Below, piece after piece: positions 52,749 through 63,111 of a stretch of 64,000 bases of DNA. The DNA is from an uncultured Candidatus Rokubacteria bacterium (GTDB taxonomy: Bacteria > Methylomirabilota > Methylomirabilia > Rokubacteriales > CSP1-6). The DNA is taken from the NCBI GenBank assembly GCA_963754315.1, contig CAVWFS010000013.1, positions 192,765 through 256,764 on the forward strand, in the 5' to 3' direction. The number at the start of each line of letters is the position of its first letter. The stretch's first letter is position 1. The position numbers and the translations under genes are program-made. The notes beneath the pieces were generated by a model. That model made no database searches and was not told the origin of the DNA. It saw only the letters and a list, made by a program, of their open reading frames with translations.

Positions 52749-54600
52749 ATGGCGAGTCGTTACGCGCCCATCGAGGACTACGGCATCATCGGCGACCTCC
52801 ACACGTTGGCGCTGGTGGGCAAGGACGGCTCGATCGACTTCCTCTGCCTCCCCTCCTTCGATTCGCCGTCGGTGTTCGCGGCCCTCGTCGACGCGGAACG
52901 CGGGGGTCGCTTCCAGATCGCGCCGCAGCTCGGCGAGGCGGCGCGCAAGCAGCTCTACCTCCCCGACACCAACGTCCTCCTCACCCGCTTCCTGTCGAAC
53001 GACGGCGTGGCCGAGCTCTCCGACTTCATGCCGGTGGAGGACGCCGGGCAGGCGCACAACCTCGTGCGTCGGGTGAAGACCGTGCGCGGCGAGATACGCT
53101 TCAGCATGCGCTGCGACCCGCGCTTCGACTATGCCCGCGCCACGCACTCGGTGGAGCGGCGCGGTGACCGGGAGGTGGTCTTCGTCGGCCGCGCCGGCGC
53201 GGGCGAGCTGGCCCTGCGGCTATGCTCGTCGGTCGCGATGCAGCTGGCGGACGGCGCCGCCGTGGCCGAGTTCACGCTCGGCGCGGACGAGTCAGCCTGG
53301 TTCGTGCTCGAGGTGGCAATGCCGAACGAACCATCCCCGGCTCGCCAGCCGGACTATGAGAGCGAGGCATTCAAGCGCACCGTGAACTTCTGGCGCCATT
53401 GGATCGATCGCTGCACCTACAAGGGCCGCTGGCGCGAGACGGTGAACCGCTCGGCGCTGACACTCAAGCTCCTCACTTCGCGGCCACACGGCTCGATCGT
53501 TGCGGCGCCCACGTTCGGACTGCCCGAGAACATCGGCGGCGGCCGGAACTGGGACTATCGCTACACGTGGATCCGCGACTCGTCCTTCACCCTCTACGGC
53601 CTCATGCGGCTCGGCTACACCGGCGAGGCGGCCGCGTTCATGAAGCTGGATCATGGCGCGCGTCGATGAGCTGGAGCCGGACGGTTCGCTCCAGATCATG
53701 TACGGCATCGACGGTCGCCACGCTCTTCCCGAGGAAACGCTGCCGCACCTCGAGGGGTACATGGGCTCGCGTCCGGTCCGTGTGGGCAACGCCGCCGATA
53801 CCCATCTCCAGCTCGACATCTACGGCGAGCTGATGGACTCGGTGTACCTGTACGACAAGTACGGATCCCCTATCCCCCACGACGGCTGGAGGAATATCGT
53901 ACGTCTGATCGATTGGGTCTGTGAGCACTGGCGCGAGAAGGACGAGGGCATCTGGGAAGTGCGCGGCGGGCGACAGGAGTTTCTCTACTCGCGGGTGATG
54001 TGCTGGGTGGCGATCGACCGGGCCATCCGCCTCGCGGGAAAGCGCTCGTTCCCGGCGCCGCTGGCACGGTGGTACGACGTGCGGGACACGATCTATCGCG
54101 ACATCTACGAGCGGTTCTGGGACCCGGCGCGACGCGTCTTCGTCCAGGCGGCTGGCTCCAGCGCGCTCGACGCCGCCTCCCTCCTGCTGCCGCTCATCCG
54201 CTTCGTCTCCCCCACCGACCCTCGCTGGCTCTCCACCCTCGGCGCTATCGAGCAGGACCTGGTGAGCGACTCGCTCGTCTATCGCTATCGCCTCAGCGAC
54301 CGCTTCTCCGACGGGCTCACCGGCCAGGAGGGCACGTTCTCCATGTGCTCCTTCTGGTACGTGGAGTGCCTGTCGCGCATGGGCGATCTGCACAAGGCGC
54401 GATTCTTCTTCGAGAAGATGCTGGGCTACGCCAACCACCTGGGACTCTACGGCGAGGAGCTGGGACCGCAGGCACAGCACCTCGGCAACTTCCCGCAAGC
54501 CTTCACGCACCTCGCGCTGATCAGCGCCGCCTTCGATCTCGACCGGCGGCTCTCGGCCGCCGGGCACGCCGGGCTGAGCGGCAGGTCCCGACAGGCCTAG
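52749..54600 (+). CDS. Glycoside hydrolase family 15 (trehalase/glucoamylase-like; frameshift near 53648)
   Basis: [44 protein letters not shown]. Confidence 0.9.
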
Positions 54601-54829
54601 CCGCCCGGCCGGTCACCGCATTCAGCTCGGTGGCCAAGCAGGCATTGCAGTCGGCATACTTCCGGGCACCTGGGCGCGCTGAGGACCTTGGTCGTCGTGG
54701 CGCGCTTGCCCATCTGCGACATCTCGCGGACCTCGCGCGATCTGCGCCCCGGTCAAGATCGGGCACGTGCAGACGATGATGGTCCCGGCTGGTCGCGACG
54801 CGACGGATCGAGTTTGGGCGAAGGACAGG

Positions 54830-54916
54830 GCTCGGGCACCGGCAAGATCGTCCTCCAACCCTGAGGGGTGGATGCTCGGGCCGACAAGCTGACCCACGCC
54901 GACCGTGTGCAGCGCA
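54830..54916 (+). repeat. Direct repeat copy 2
   Basis: GCTCGGGCACCGGCAAGATCGTCCTCCAACCCTGAGGG...TGCTCGGGCCGACAAGCTGACCCACGCCGA.CGTGTGCAGCGCA. Confidence 0.95.
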
Positions 54917-55020
54917 TTCGGCCCATGACGTGGGAGCAACGTCAGGCGGGTCGGGGCGGAGGACAGGTGGGCGGATCGGTAGCGTCCCACGTGCTATCCT
55001 CGACACGGAGCGACGAGAGC

Positions 55021-56664
55021 GTGACTCAGCCCCCTCCGAATCAGGGACTGCCCGCGGGGGCCGCACTGGCTGGGAGCCTCGATGCCTTTCTGCTGACCCG
55101 GTCTCCCCTGGGGCGGCTCGTGCGGTGGGTGGCCGGCGTCCGGGCCTCGGTCCACGCGAAGCTCCTCTGCGCCTTCTTGCTGATCGCCCTCCTGATCATC
55201 GCCGTCGGTGCCATCAGTCTTCAAATCCTGGCGGGCATGGGCCGCCAGAGCCGCGCGCTCGACGAGGCACACGAGCGCGTGCACCTATCACAGCAGATCG
55301 AGCACGCGCTCGCGCTGCAGATGCACTACACAGGGATGGCGCTGGTACGCCAGGAGGAAGCGGCGGTGGCCAGGATCCTGCGCGAGAACAACCGCTTCAA
55401 CGACACCCTCGCCCGCATCGAGGGGGCGGCCCCGCCCGATGAGCGCACGCTCATCCAGCAGATCCGATCCGCGCAAGATGATGCGATGGCCGTCGTGGCG
55501 GATATCGCCAACGCCATCCGCGAGGGTAAGGTCGGCGAGGCCTTGCACGCATTGATCACTCGCGAGGACTCTCTGTACCGGGACATCGATGGACTCGTGC
55601 GGCAGGTAGTCGCCCTCGAACAAGCGCGGATGGCGAGCCTCCGCGCCGGCGTGACGGCCGCCCACCGACGCTCCCTTTTCGTGCTGGGAGGCTTCGCCGC
55701 CCTGGCCATCGTGCTGGCGCTGCTCTTCGGATTCGTCATCTCCTGGTCGTTCATCCTGCCTGTCCACGAGGCTCACGGATTTCTCAGCCAGGTCGCGGCC
55801 GGGAGATTCGGCGTGACGGTAGGCGTCGCCAACCGAGACGAGTTCGGAACACTCGCCGAAAACATGAATCGGATGAGCCGGGAGCTCCAGCGCCTCGACG
55901 AGGAGCAGCGCCGGGCAGCTACCACGCTGCACGGTCTGAACGAGCAGTTGACCCAGGCCAGTCGGGCCAAGTCGGAGTTCCTGGCCAGCATGAGCCATGA
56001 GCTCCGGACCCCCCTCAACGCGATCCTGGGGTTCACCGAGCTGATCCTCGACAACCTCTACGGCGAGGTGCCCGTTCCGCTGCGGGAACCGCTCGTCGAT
56101 ATCCAGACCAACGGCCGGCACCTGCTGCGCCTGATCAACGACGTCCTCGACCTGTCGAAGATCGAGGCGGGCCGGATGGAACTGGTTCCCGTCGACTACG
56201 CCGTGAACGACGTGCTGGATATGGTCCGCGCTTCTTTGCGGTCGCTCGCGTCCGAGAAGGGCCTTGACTTCGTCGTGGCGAACGCACCGGACATCCCGGC
56301 CGCCCATGGCGACAGCCAGCGCATCACCCAGTGCCTGCTGAACCTGGCCGGGAACGCGCTGAAGTTCACGAAAGATGGGCGCGTGGAGATCTCGGCCGAG
56401 CTTCAGGGCGACACCCTCCTCTACCGGGTCACCGACACCGGGATCGGCATCCCCGAGGAACAGCTCGAGCATATCTTCGCCGAGTTTCGCCAGGCGGATG
56501 CCGCCATCAGTCACGAGTACGGGGGCAGTGGCCTCGGGCTCTCCATCACCAAGAAATTCGTCGAGCTGCACGGGGGCCGCATCTGGGCGGAGAGTGAGCC
56601 GGGAAAGGGATCGACATTCTCCTTCGCCATACCCCTGCGACTGGCGGACGGGCCGGCCGCGTGA
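55021..56664 (+). CDS. Sensor histidine kinase (4-helix sensor, HAMP, HisKA, HATPase)
   Basis: Two TM helices, RDEFG, SHELRTPL, NALKF, DTGIG, GSGLGL; start codon uncertain. Confidence 0.9.
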   Translation: MTQPPPNQGLPAGAALAGSLDAFLLTRSPLGRLVRWVAGVRASVHAKLLCAFLLIALLIIAVGAISLQILAGMGRQSRALDEAHERVHLSQQIEHALALQMHYTGMALVRQEEAAVARILRENNRFNDTLARIEGAAPPDERTLIQQIRSAQDDAMAVVADIANAIREGKVGEALHALITREDSLYRDIDGLVRQVVALEQARMASLRAGVTAAHRRSLFVLGGFAALAIVLALLFGFVISWSFILPVHEAHGFLSQVAAGRFGVTVGVANRDEFGTLAENMNRMSRELQRLDEEQRRAATTLHGLNEQLTQASRAKSEFLASMSHELRTPLNAILGFTELILDNLYGEVPVPLREPLVDIQTNGRHLLRLINDVLDLSKIEAGRMELVPVDYAVNDVLDMVRASLRSLASEKGLDFVVANAPDIPAAHGDSQRITQCLLNLAGNALKFTKDGRVEISAELQGDTLLYRVTDTGIGIPEEQLEHIFAEFRQADAAISHEYGGSGLGLSITKKFVELHGGRIWAESEPGKGSTFSFAIPLRLADGPAA

Positions 56665-57035
56665 GCGCGAAGACAGTGCTCTACGTCGAGGACAACGAAT
56701 TCAACCGGAAGATTGTCCGGCAGATGCTAAGCGCGACGACGTATCGGCTCCTCGAGGCCACCGACGGCGAACAGGGCGTGGCAACCGCCATCGACGCCCA
56801 GCCCGATCTTGTTCTCATGGACATCCAGCTTCCCCGGGTGTCGGGCCTGGAGGCGACCCGGAGGCTCCGTCAGGAGCCGACGACCGCCCACATCCCGATC
56901 ATCGTGGTGACATCCTTCGCACTCAGCGGCGACGATCAGAAGGCTATCGCGGCGGGGGCCTCCGCCTATCTCGCCAAACCCTACAGTCCGCGTGAGCTGC
57001 TGGCGCTGATCCGGAAGTTTGTACCAGAGAGCTGA
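56661..57035 (+). CDS. Single-domain response regulator (DivK-like)
   Basis: VEDN, LMDIQLP, AKP. Confidence 0.9.
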   Translation: MSAKTVLYVEDNEFNRKIVRQMLSATTYRLLEATDGEQGVATAIDAQPDLVLMDIQLPRVSGLEATRRLRQEPTTAHIPIIVVTSFALSGDDQKAIAAGASAYLAKPYSPRELLALIRKFVPES

Positions 57036-57046
57036 GTCAAGGGCTG

Positions 57047-57751
57047 TCACGGTCGGCCCATCTCGACCACGACGATGGCGTCGGCCTTATCCACCGTCAC
57101 CTGCTTCGTCACCGTGCCGAGGCTCTCCTGCCAGACGTTGATGCTGTACTTGCCGGCTGGGAGATCGCCCAGGACGAACTCGCCGCCAGGGCCGGTGACC
57201 GCGTAGAAGGGATGCTCGGCCACCACGACCCACGCTCGCATCCACCCGTGGAGGTCGCAGCCGATCCGGACGATCTCGGGCTTGGTGAACGTGATGGGAA
57301 TGGTTCGTCCCTTCGGTTGCGTCCGGTTGAAGGGGGGATTGCCCTTGCTGTAGCTGTGGATGTTGTGGAGCAGACGATCGCTGTTCAGGAACTCCACCGT
57401 CCCGCCTGCCGGAACCACGATGACGCGCGGCACGAACACGCACTGCTGCTGATCGAGGAAGACCGGTGCCGTGGAGAACGCCGCTTTCGCGTTGGCAGGC
57501 GGTGCGGTGAGCCACACGACGGCATTGCGGATGGCGCTCTGGGGAGAGAGGACGATGTCCTCTGCGTCCTTGTCCTTTCCGCACACGAACTGATCAACGG
57601 TGACCGGGAGCTTCTTCAGCTCCATGGCACCGCCCACGTACCGCACGGTGCCCTTGATCGAGGCCGCGCCGGCGAGCTCGGCGGCCACGCACGTGCTCAC
57701 CACGGTGAGGCCCACCGCGAGCCATCGCCTCCGGTTCGCTCGTGTCAGCAT
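57047..57751 (-). CDS. Exported cupredoxin-like / carboxypeptidase-regulatory-like domain protein
   Basis: [22 protein letters not shown]. Confidence 0.8.
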   Translation of the reverse strand: MLTRANRRRWLAVGLTVVSTCVAAELAGAASIKGTVRYVGGAMELKKLPVTVDQFVCGKDKDAEDIVLSPQSAIRNAVVWLTAPPANAKAAFSTAPVFLDQQQCVFVPRVIVVPAGGTVEFLNSDRLLHNIHSYSKGNPPFNRTQPKGRTIPITFTKPEIVRIGCDLHGWMRAWVVVAEHPFYAVTGPGGEFVLGDLPAGKYSINVWQESLGTVTKQVTVDKADAIVVVEMGRP

Positions 57752-57850
57752 TTCGGCCCGCGCCACTATACCGGACAACGGATCGCCTTGACAGGACCGG
57801 ATCCGCTGCCTAGACTCTGCTCGTCCCACGCGTGGCCCCAGGGAGGCAGC

Positions 57851-58303
57851 ATGCTCACGCTCGTGATCAACGGGCGATCTCACTCAGTGGACGTCGACCC
57901 CGAGACTCCCCTGCTATGGGTTATCCGCGAGCGCCTGCGACTGACCGGGACGAAGTTCGGCTGCGGGATCGGCCAGTGCGGCGCGTGCACGGTCCACTTC
58001 GACGGCACCTCGGTCCGATCCTGCTCCGTATCAGCGTCCGATGCCGTCGGGCGAAAGATCACGACGATCGAGGGCCTGCACCCCGAGGCCAAGCATCCGC
58101 TCCAGCTCGCGTGGATCGCCGAACAAGTTCCGCAGTGCGGCTACTGCCAGCCTGGGCAGATCATGCAGGCCGCCGCCCTCTTGGCTCAGAACCCGAAGCC
58201 GACTGACACTGAGATCGTCGAGGCCATGAAGGGCAACCTCTGCCGCTGCGCCGCCTATCTCCGCATCAAGCGAGCCATCAAGCGCGCCGCCCAGGGAGCC
58301 TGA
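57851..58303 (+). CDS. 2Fe-2S subunit of a xanthine dehydrogenase-family enzyme (IorA-like)
   Basis: [20 protein letters not shown]. Confidence 0.92.
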   Translation: MLTLVINGRSHSVDVDPETPLLWVIRERLRLTGTKFGCGIGQCGACTVHFDGTSVRSCSVSASDAVGRKITTIEGLHPEAKHPLQLAWIAEQVPQCGYCQPGQIMQAAALLAQNPKPTDTEIVEAMKGNLCRCAAYLRIKRAIKRAAQGA

Positions 58304-58305
58304 CC

Positions 58306-59688
58306 ATAGCGCGTCAAATCGGGCGCCGTGAGGTTCTGGCCGCCATGGGGACCGCGGGGCTAACCCTGTTCTTCTCGATCCCCGGGGGACGCAGAGCGCG
58401 CGCCGTGGCGGCCACCGCCTTCGAGCCGAATGCGTGGCTCGCCATCACCCCCGACGGCACCATCACCGTCCACATCGCCAAGGCCGAGATGGGTCAGGGC
58501 ATCGGCACCGCTCTGGCCCAGATCGTGTCCGAGGAGCTGGAGGCCGACTGGAAGGACGTTCGTATCGACTACCCGGTCAATGATCCGAAGTACGGCGTCA
58601 TGAATACGGGCGGGAGCCGCAGTATCTACGAATCCTTCGACGTGCTCTCCCGTGCGGGCGCCGCGGCACGGATTACTCTCGTCGACGCCGCGGCCCGTCA
58701 CTGGGGCGTGGCCGCTGCTGACTGCAGGGCCGAGCGTGGCCTCGTCCGCCATCCGCCCTCGGGCCGCTCGATCTCGTACGGTGCCCTCGTGGGCACCGTT
58801 CCCATCACGAAAGTGCTGACCCCTGACGAGTTGAAAGCTATTCAGCTCAAGCCCCCCTCGCAGCACTCGATGATCGGTCGGTCCCTTCCACGCTTGGACA
58901 TCCCCGAGAAGATCGACGGCCGCGCAAAGTATGCGATCGACGTATTCCTGCCCGGCATGGCCTACGCCAAGGTTGCCTACCCACCGACGCGCGAAGGCGG
59001 TAAGCACACGGCGCTGGATGACACGGCCGCCCGGAGGGTGCCCGGCCACCTCAAGACCATCGTGATGGACGATCTCGTGGCGGTGGTGGCGGAGACGCAC
59101 GAGGCCGCGGTCGCGGCGCGCGACGCGCTCCGGATCACATGGGACTCTGGACCCTATGCCAACGTCGACACGGCGGCGATCTTCCAGGAGTACGAGCGCA
59201 AGATTCAGCAGGACCCCGAGCCGCCATGGGTCGCCGTCGGCGACGCGAAGGCGGCGCTGGCTCGGGCTGCCTTCACCCACACGGGGACGTACATCACGGA
59301 CTTCGTCGCACACGCGCAGGCCGAGCCGTCGACCGCCGTCGTGGGGTACGCGAACGGCGTGTACGACGTCTTCACCGGAACCCAGTCGCAGAGCAACGTA
59401 GCCCGGGCGGTGGCGGCACGTCTCAAGGTCGACGTTTCCGCTGTCCGAGTCCATCAGCACTACCTCGGGGGAGGTTTCGGGCGGAAGCTCGACTGGGACA
59501 TCGAGCTGGAGGCCGCCGTGATCGCTCGCGAAGCCGGGCGGCCGATCAAGCTCATTCGTTCTCGCGAAGAGGATCTCACGCGTGGGTTCTACCGCAGCCC
59601 AACGCTTCAGGTGATGAAGGGTGGGCTGGACGCGGCCGGTATGGTCATAGCCTGGGACCACACGTTGGTCGCGTCCGACTCCGTCTAG
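58306..59688 (+). CDS. Molybdopterin subunit (IorB-like), N-terminal part
   Basis: EMGQG, TGGS, GGGFGR. The Tat-like GRREVL is in frame only from the ATA at 58306; the first ATG is at 58345. Confidence 0.85.
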   Translation: MARQIGRREVLAAMGTAGLTLFFSIPGGRRARAVAATAFEPNAWLAITPDGTITVHIAKAEMGQGIGTALAQIVSEELEADWKDVRIDYPVNDPKYGVMNTGGSRSIYESFDVLSRAGAAARITLVDAAARHWGVAAADCRAERGLVRHPPSGRSISYGALVGTVPITKVLTPDELKAIQLKPPSQHSMIGRSLPRLDIPEKIDGRAKYAIDVFLPGMAYAKVAYPPTREGGKHTALDDTAARRVPGHLKTIVMDDLVAVVAETHEAAVAARDALRITWDSGPYANVDTAAIFQEYERKIQQDPEPPWVAVGDAKAALARAAFTHTGTYITDFVAHAQAEPSTAVVGYANGVYDVFTGTQSQSNVARAVAARLKVDVSAVRVHQHYLGGGFGRKLDWDIELEAAVIAREAGRPIKLIRSREEDLTRGFYRSPTLQVMKGGLDAAGMVIAWDHTLVASDSV

Positions 59689-59695
59689 GAGTCGC

Positions 59696-60481
59696 ATGCA
59701 GCGCCCCACGGTGAATGCTCGCGGCCGCCATCCGCTGGAGCTCAGGGGTGCCGACCACCGCTACGAGATAGCGAATCGATCAGTCCGGGTCATCCAGGGG
59801 GATTTTGGACTTCCTGCCGGATTCTACCGAGGGGTAGAGACGGGATACACGGTCTTTGCCGTCGAGGCGTTCCTGGACGAGCTGGCGCACCTCGCGAAGG
59901 CCGATCCGTTGGCAATGCGCGTGGCGATGCTGAGCAAGAGCTCACGCCTGGCGAACGTGCTCAGGCTGGTCGCGTCTCGATCAGGTTGGGGAACACCTCT
60001 GCCGGTTGACGTCGGCCGCGGCATTGCCGCGATCACTGAGCCGCAGCCCCAGTTCCAAACCTGCGTGGGTGCCGTCGTTCAGGCAAGGGTCGACCGCGCC
60101 TCCGGGGAGGTCAAGGTCCAGAAGATCTGCTGCGTGGTGGACTGTGGCCTCGTGATCAACCCCGACGGCGTGCGCGCCCAGATCGAGGGCTCGCTTCTGT
60201 TCGGTCTCAGCACCGCGCTCATCGAATACGGCAGCGTGACCCACGGTGCGTTCGATCAGAGAAACTTCGAGGACTATCAGATCCTACGAATGGATCAGGT
60301 CCCCGAGGTGGACGTCCACCTGGTACAGAGCACTGAGCGCCCCACAGGCGTGGGCGAGCCGCCAGGCATGCTGGTGGCCCCCGCGCTCAGCAACGCCATC
60401 TTCGCTGCGACCGGCGCGCGCGTACGGAGCATGCCTTTTCTGCCCGATCGCGTGCTCAAGGCACTGTCGGCCAGGACCTGA
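59696..60481 (+). CDS. Molybdopterin subunit (IorB-like), C-terminal part
   Basis: FYRG, DELA, VDCG..INPD...AQIEG, GVGEP; has its own RBS AGGAG. Confidence 0.85.
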   Translation: MQRPTVNARGRHPLELRGADHRYEIANRSVRVIQGDFGLPAGFYRGVETGYTVFAVEAFLDELAHLAKADPLAMRVAMLSKSSRLANVLRLVASRSGWGTPLPVDVGRGIAAITEPQPQFQTCVGAVVQARVDRASGEVKVQKICCVVDCGLVINPDGVRAQIEGSLLFGLSTALIEYGSVTHGAFDQRNFEDYQILRMDQVPEVDVHLVQSTERPTGVGEPPGMLVAPALSNAIFAATGARVRSMPFLPDRVLKALSART

Positions 60482-60568
60482 CCCGGGCCGGCCCCGCCAC
60501 GACGCTCCGGGCCGACTGACTACTTCTGAGGCCAGTCGTAGTCGGCGGCCAGCTCGTACGAAACACGA

Positions 60569-61246
60569 TCATCCGCCGGGAAGACGGGCTGCCACGCCTT
60601 GCCACATCAGCTCCGCCCAGAGCGCGTAGCCCGCGTCGGATGGGTGATAGCCGTCCTCGGAGATCAGCCACGGTCGCTCGGGCACCTCCCGGCGGCTGGC
60701 GGAGTGCACGTCGACGACCTCGATACCGTAGGCGCTGGCCTTGCGCTGCAGCACGTCATTGAGTCGCTCCGCGAGCGCCCCCACCGCCTCGCGCTTCGGC
60801 GAGTGCGCAAAGCGCGGCGTCAGCGCGAGGTCGGGCAGGAGATTTACCACCACCACCGCGCTGGTCTCCTTCGTGAGGGTGGCGAGGATCGAATCGACGT
60901 TCCGCTCGTACTCCGCCACCGTCACCCCTTGGGTGATGTCGTTGGGGCCGATCGAAATCGTGACCAGATGGGGCCGAACGGCGGTTGCGCGCGCAAGCTG
61001 GCCCGTGACGACGTCAGCCGAGGTGGCACCCCCGACGCCGAGGTTGAGGACACGCGCGCCCGGATAGATCAGCCGCAGCCTTGTCTGGAGGCGAGCGACG
61101 TAGGTCGCCTGGGGCCGACTGGCGCCAATGCCCTTCACGGTGCTGTCGCCGAGGGCCACGTAGAGGAGTGGCGTCGCACGGTCGTCAGGGAGCATGCGGA
61201 CGTGCGAGTGACCGAAGGTGGTGCCCGTCAGCAGCACAGCGGCCAT
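60569..61246 (-). CDS. SGNH/GDSL hydrolase
   Basis: ALGDS, NLGVGG, GPND, DGYHP. Confidence 0.9.
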   Translation of the reverse strand: MAAVLLTGTTFGHSHVRMLPDDRATPLLYVALGDSTVKGIGASRPQATYVARLQTRLRLIYPGARVLNLGVGGATSADVVTGQLARATAVRPHLVTISIGPNDITQGVTVAEYERNVDSILATLTKETSAVVVVNLLPDLALTPRFAHSPKREAVGALAERLNDVLQRKASAYGIEVVDVHSASRREVPERPWLISEDGYHPSDAGYALWAELMWQGVAARLPGG

Positions 61247-61284
61247 CAGCGCGGCCGCTGTTCCATGGTGCGTCCTCCGATGGC

Positions 61285-61827
61285 TCAGAAGAAGATGCTC
61301 ACGTTCTTGGCCAGGAGCACGTTCTGATCGAGGATGATCCGGCGGCGGGCGATCTTCCATTCGCGGCCGACCTGCCGCAGGACATCCTGCCGGGCTCCGA
61401 CGTAGAAGTCCTGCTCCGTTTCCGCCCGGCTCCGATACACCATGAAGTTGGAGTAGACCTTGAGCTCCGACGCCGCGTCGCCCGGCTCCACCTCGATGTT
61501 CGAAATGATGTGACGCGTGCGTGACGGGGGGTCCTCCGCCCAGGCCATGCCCGTGTCCAGCCGCGCAATGCGTCCACCGAGTGTTTCCTTGGTCTCGTCG
61601 AGGATGGCCAGCTCGTCGTCCCGGGCCAGCTCCTCGCCGGCGGCGCCGTCGGGATCCAGGACCGCGATGGCTTTGCTCGACTTGGGGTAGCGGGTGCTGC
61701 GGCTGGACATCCAGTAGCGGACATCGTCGGTGAAATGCGCCAGCCACTCGTGGAAGCGCCGCTCGTCCAGCAACCGCGCTTCCCGGTACAGGAACCGCTC
61801 GACCTTGCGGACGACCGAATCACGCAT
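61285..61827 (-). CDS. hcaF: Ring-hydroxylating dioxygenase beta subunit (HcaF/BphA2-like)
   Basis: FLYREARLLD, WAEDPPSRTRH, LDQNVL. Confidence 0.85.
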   Translation of the reverse strand: MRDSVVRKVERFLYREARLLDERRFHEWLAHFTDDVRYWMSSRSTRYPKSSKAIAVLDPDGAAGEELARDDELAILDETKETLGGRIARLDTGMAWAEDPPSRTRHIISNIEVEPGDAASELKVYSNFMVYRSRAETEQDFYVGARQDVLRQVGREWKIARRRIILDQNVLLAKNVSIFF

Positions 61828-63100
61828 GCCGCTCGACCTCGGCCCAGCTGTCGGCCGCCATGAGCTGGGCCCAGCGCCGGTAGAACTGCCGATGGTTGCT
61901 CTCGCTCATGCGAAAGCCGCTGGCCCAGGCCTTCAGGTCCTCGTCGAACCGTTCGTGCCCGAGTCCCATCTGGGTGTTCAGGGCGACGCGCCGCGACACG
62001 ACGCCCCGGCACGTGCGCGTGCATTCCTGCCAGTTGTCCATGTCGTCCTGCTCGAAGGTGCCGGAGGGGCTGAAGCCGCGCACGCCAGCCAGGCGCAAGG
62101 CTTCCTTGACCCGCGGCGGAGCGGCCTTGTCGACGTAGACCCACGACCAGACCTCGGTCTTGTCGGGCCCCCGCGGGTGCCAGACGCGGAACGTGCGCGA
62201 CGTGGCGCGGAGCATGGAGAAGTTGGGGAACATCGTGCCCACGATGGGGTTGACCAGGCCGGCACGGGGCCCCAGACGCCTGCGCACCTCCTGGCCGATC
62301 TCCTTCTCGTAGGCCAGGATCTCGGGCACCGGCGGGTCGCCCACGTCGTTCGGGCCGACGCAGATCAGGACGTGACCATTGCCCGGGGACACCATGCTTC
62401 CGGTGGCGGCCGGATTCGCCGTCACGCCGGCGCTGAAGGAGGTCTTGACGGCGGAGAGGTGGGTCCACGACACGTGGTAGGCGTCGCCACCGAAATTCTC
62501 GGCGGGGAACTTCCAGTTACAGGGCATGATCCACTTGTGCATGCCACCGACGATCTCGATGCCGCCTTCCCGGCGGTCGAAGAACGCATCCAGGTACCAG
62601 GTCATCTCCCCCAGGTACTCGCGTAAGGGAGGCGCGTCCGGGTCGAAGGTGGCGAACAGCAATCCCTTATAGCTGTCCAGCTGCGCCACCGGGATGAGCC
62701 CCCAGTTCTCCCGTTCCAGCGCTCCGTAGTAGGCCTCCTTGTGGTACGGCACCCCCACCAGCCTCCCATCGTTGCGATAGGTCCAGCCATGGTAGGAGCA
62801 CGTGAAGCTCGCAGCGTTGCCGGCATCGGCGCGGCACAGCCGGTTGCCCCGATGGCGGCAGACGTTCAGCACGGCGTGCACCTGGCCCTGGCTGTCGCGC
62901 ATCACCAGGACCGGGTCCTCGCCCATGTAGGTACTGAAGAAGTCGCCCGGACGAGGGATCTGCCCCTCGTGGCACAGGAAGAGCCAGCAGCGAGCGAAGA
63001 TCCTCTCGAGCTCCTGGTCGTAGATTTCCTGGTCGATGAAGATGCGCCTGCTGATGAGCCCACGCTCGGCGTCCACCAGAGTATTGACGTCCGTGGCCAT
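61820..63100 (-). CDS. hcaE: Rieske ring-hydroxylating dioxygenase alpha subunit (HcaE/BphA1-like)
   Basis: CRHRG...CSYHGW Rieske motif; DAYH...H and EQDD iron ligands. Confidence 0.85.
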   Translation of the reverse strand: MATDVNTLVDAERGLISRRIFIDQEIYDQELERIFARCWLFLCHEGQIPRPGDFFSTYMGEDPVLVMRDSQGQVHAVLNVCRHRGNRLCRADAGNAASFTCSYHGWTYRNDGRLVGVPYHKEAYYGALERENWGLIPVAQLDSYKGLLFATFDPDAPPLREYLGEMTWYLDAFFDRREGGIEIVGGMHKWIMPCNWKFPAENFGGDAYHVSWTHLSAVKTSFSAGVTANPAATGSMVSPGNGHVLICVGPNDVGDPPVPEILAYEKEIGQEVRRRLGPRAGLVNPIVGTMFPNFSMLRATSRTFRVWHPRGPDKTEVWSWVYVDKAAPPRVKEALRLAGVRGFSPSGTFEQDDMDNWQECTRTCRGVVSRRVALNTQMGLGHERFDEDLKAWASGFRMSESNHRQFYRRWAQLMAADSWAEVERHA

Positions 63101-63111
63101 CGCCCACCTCC

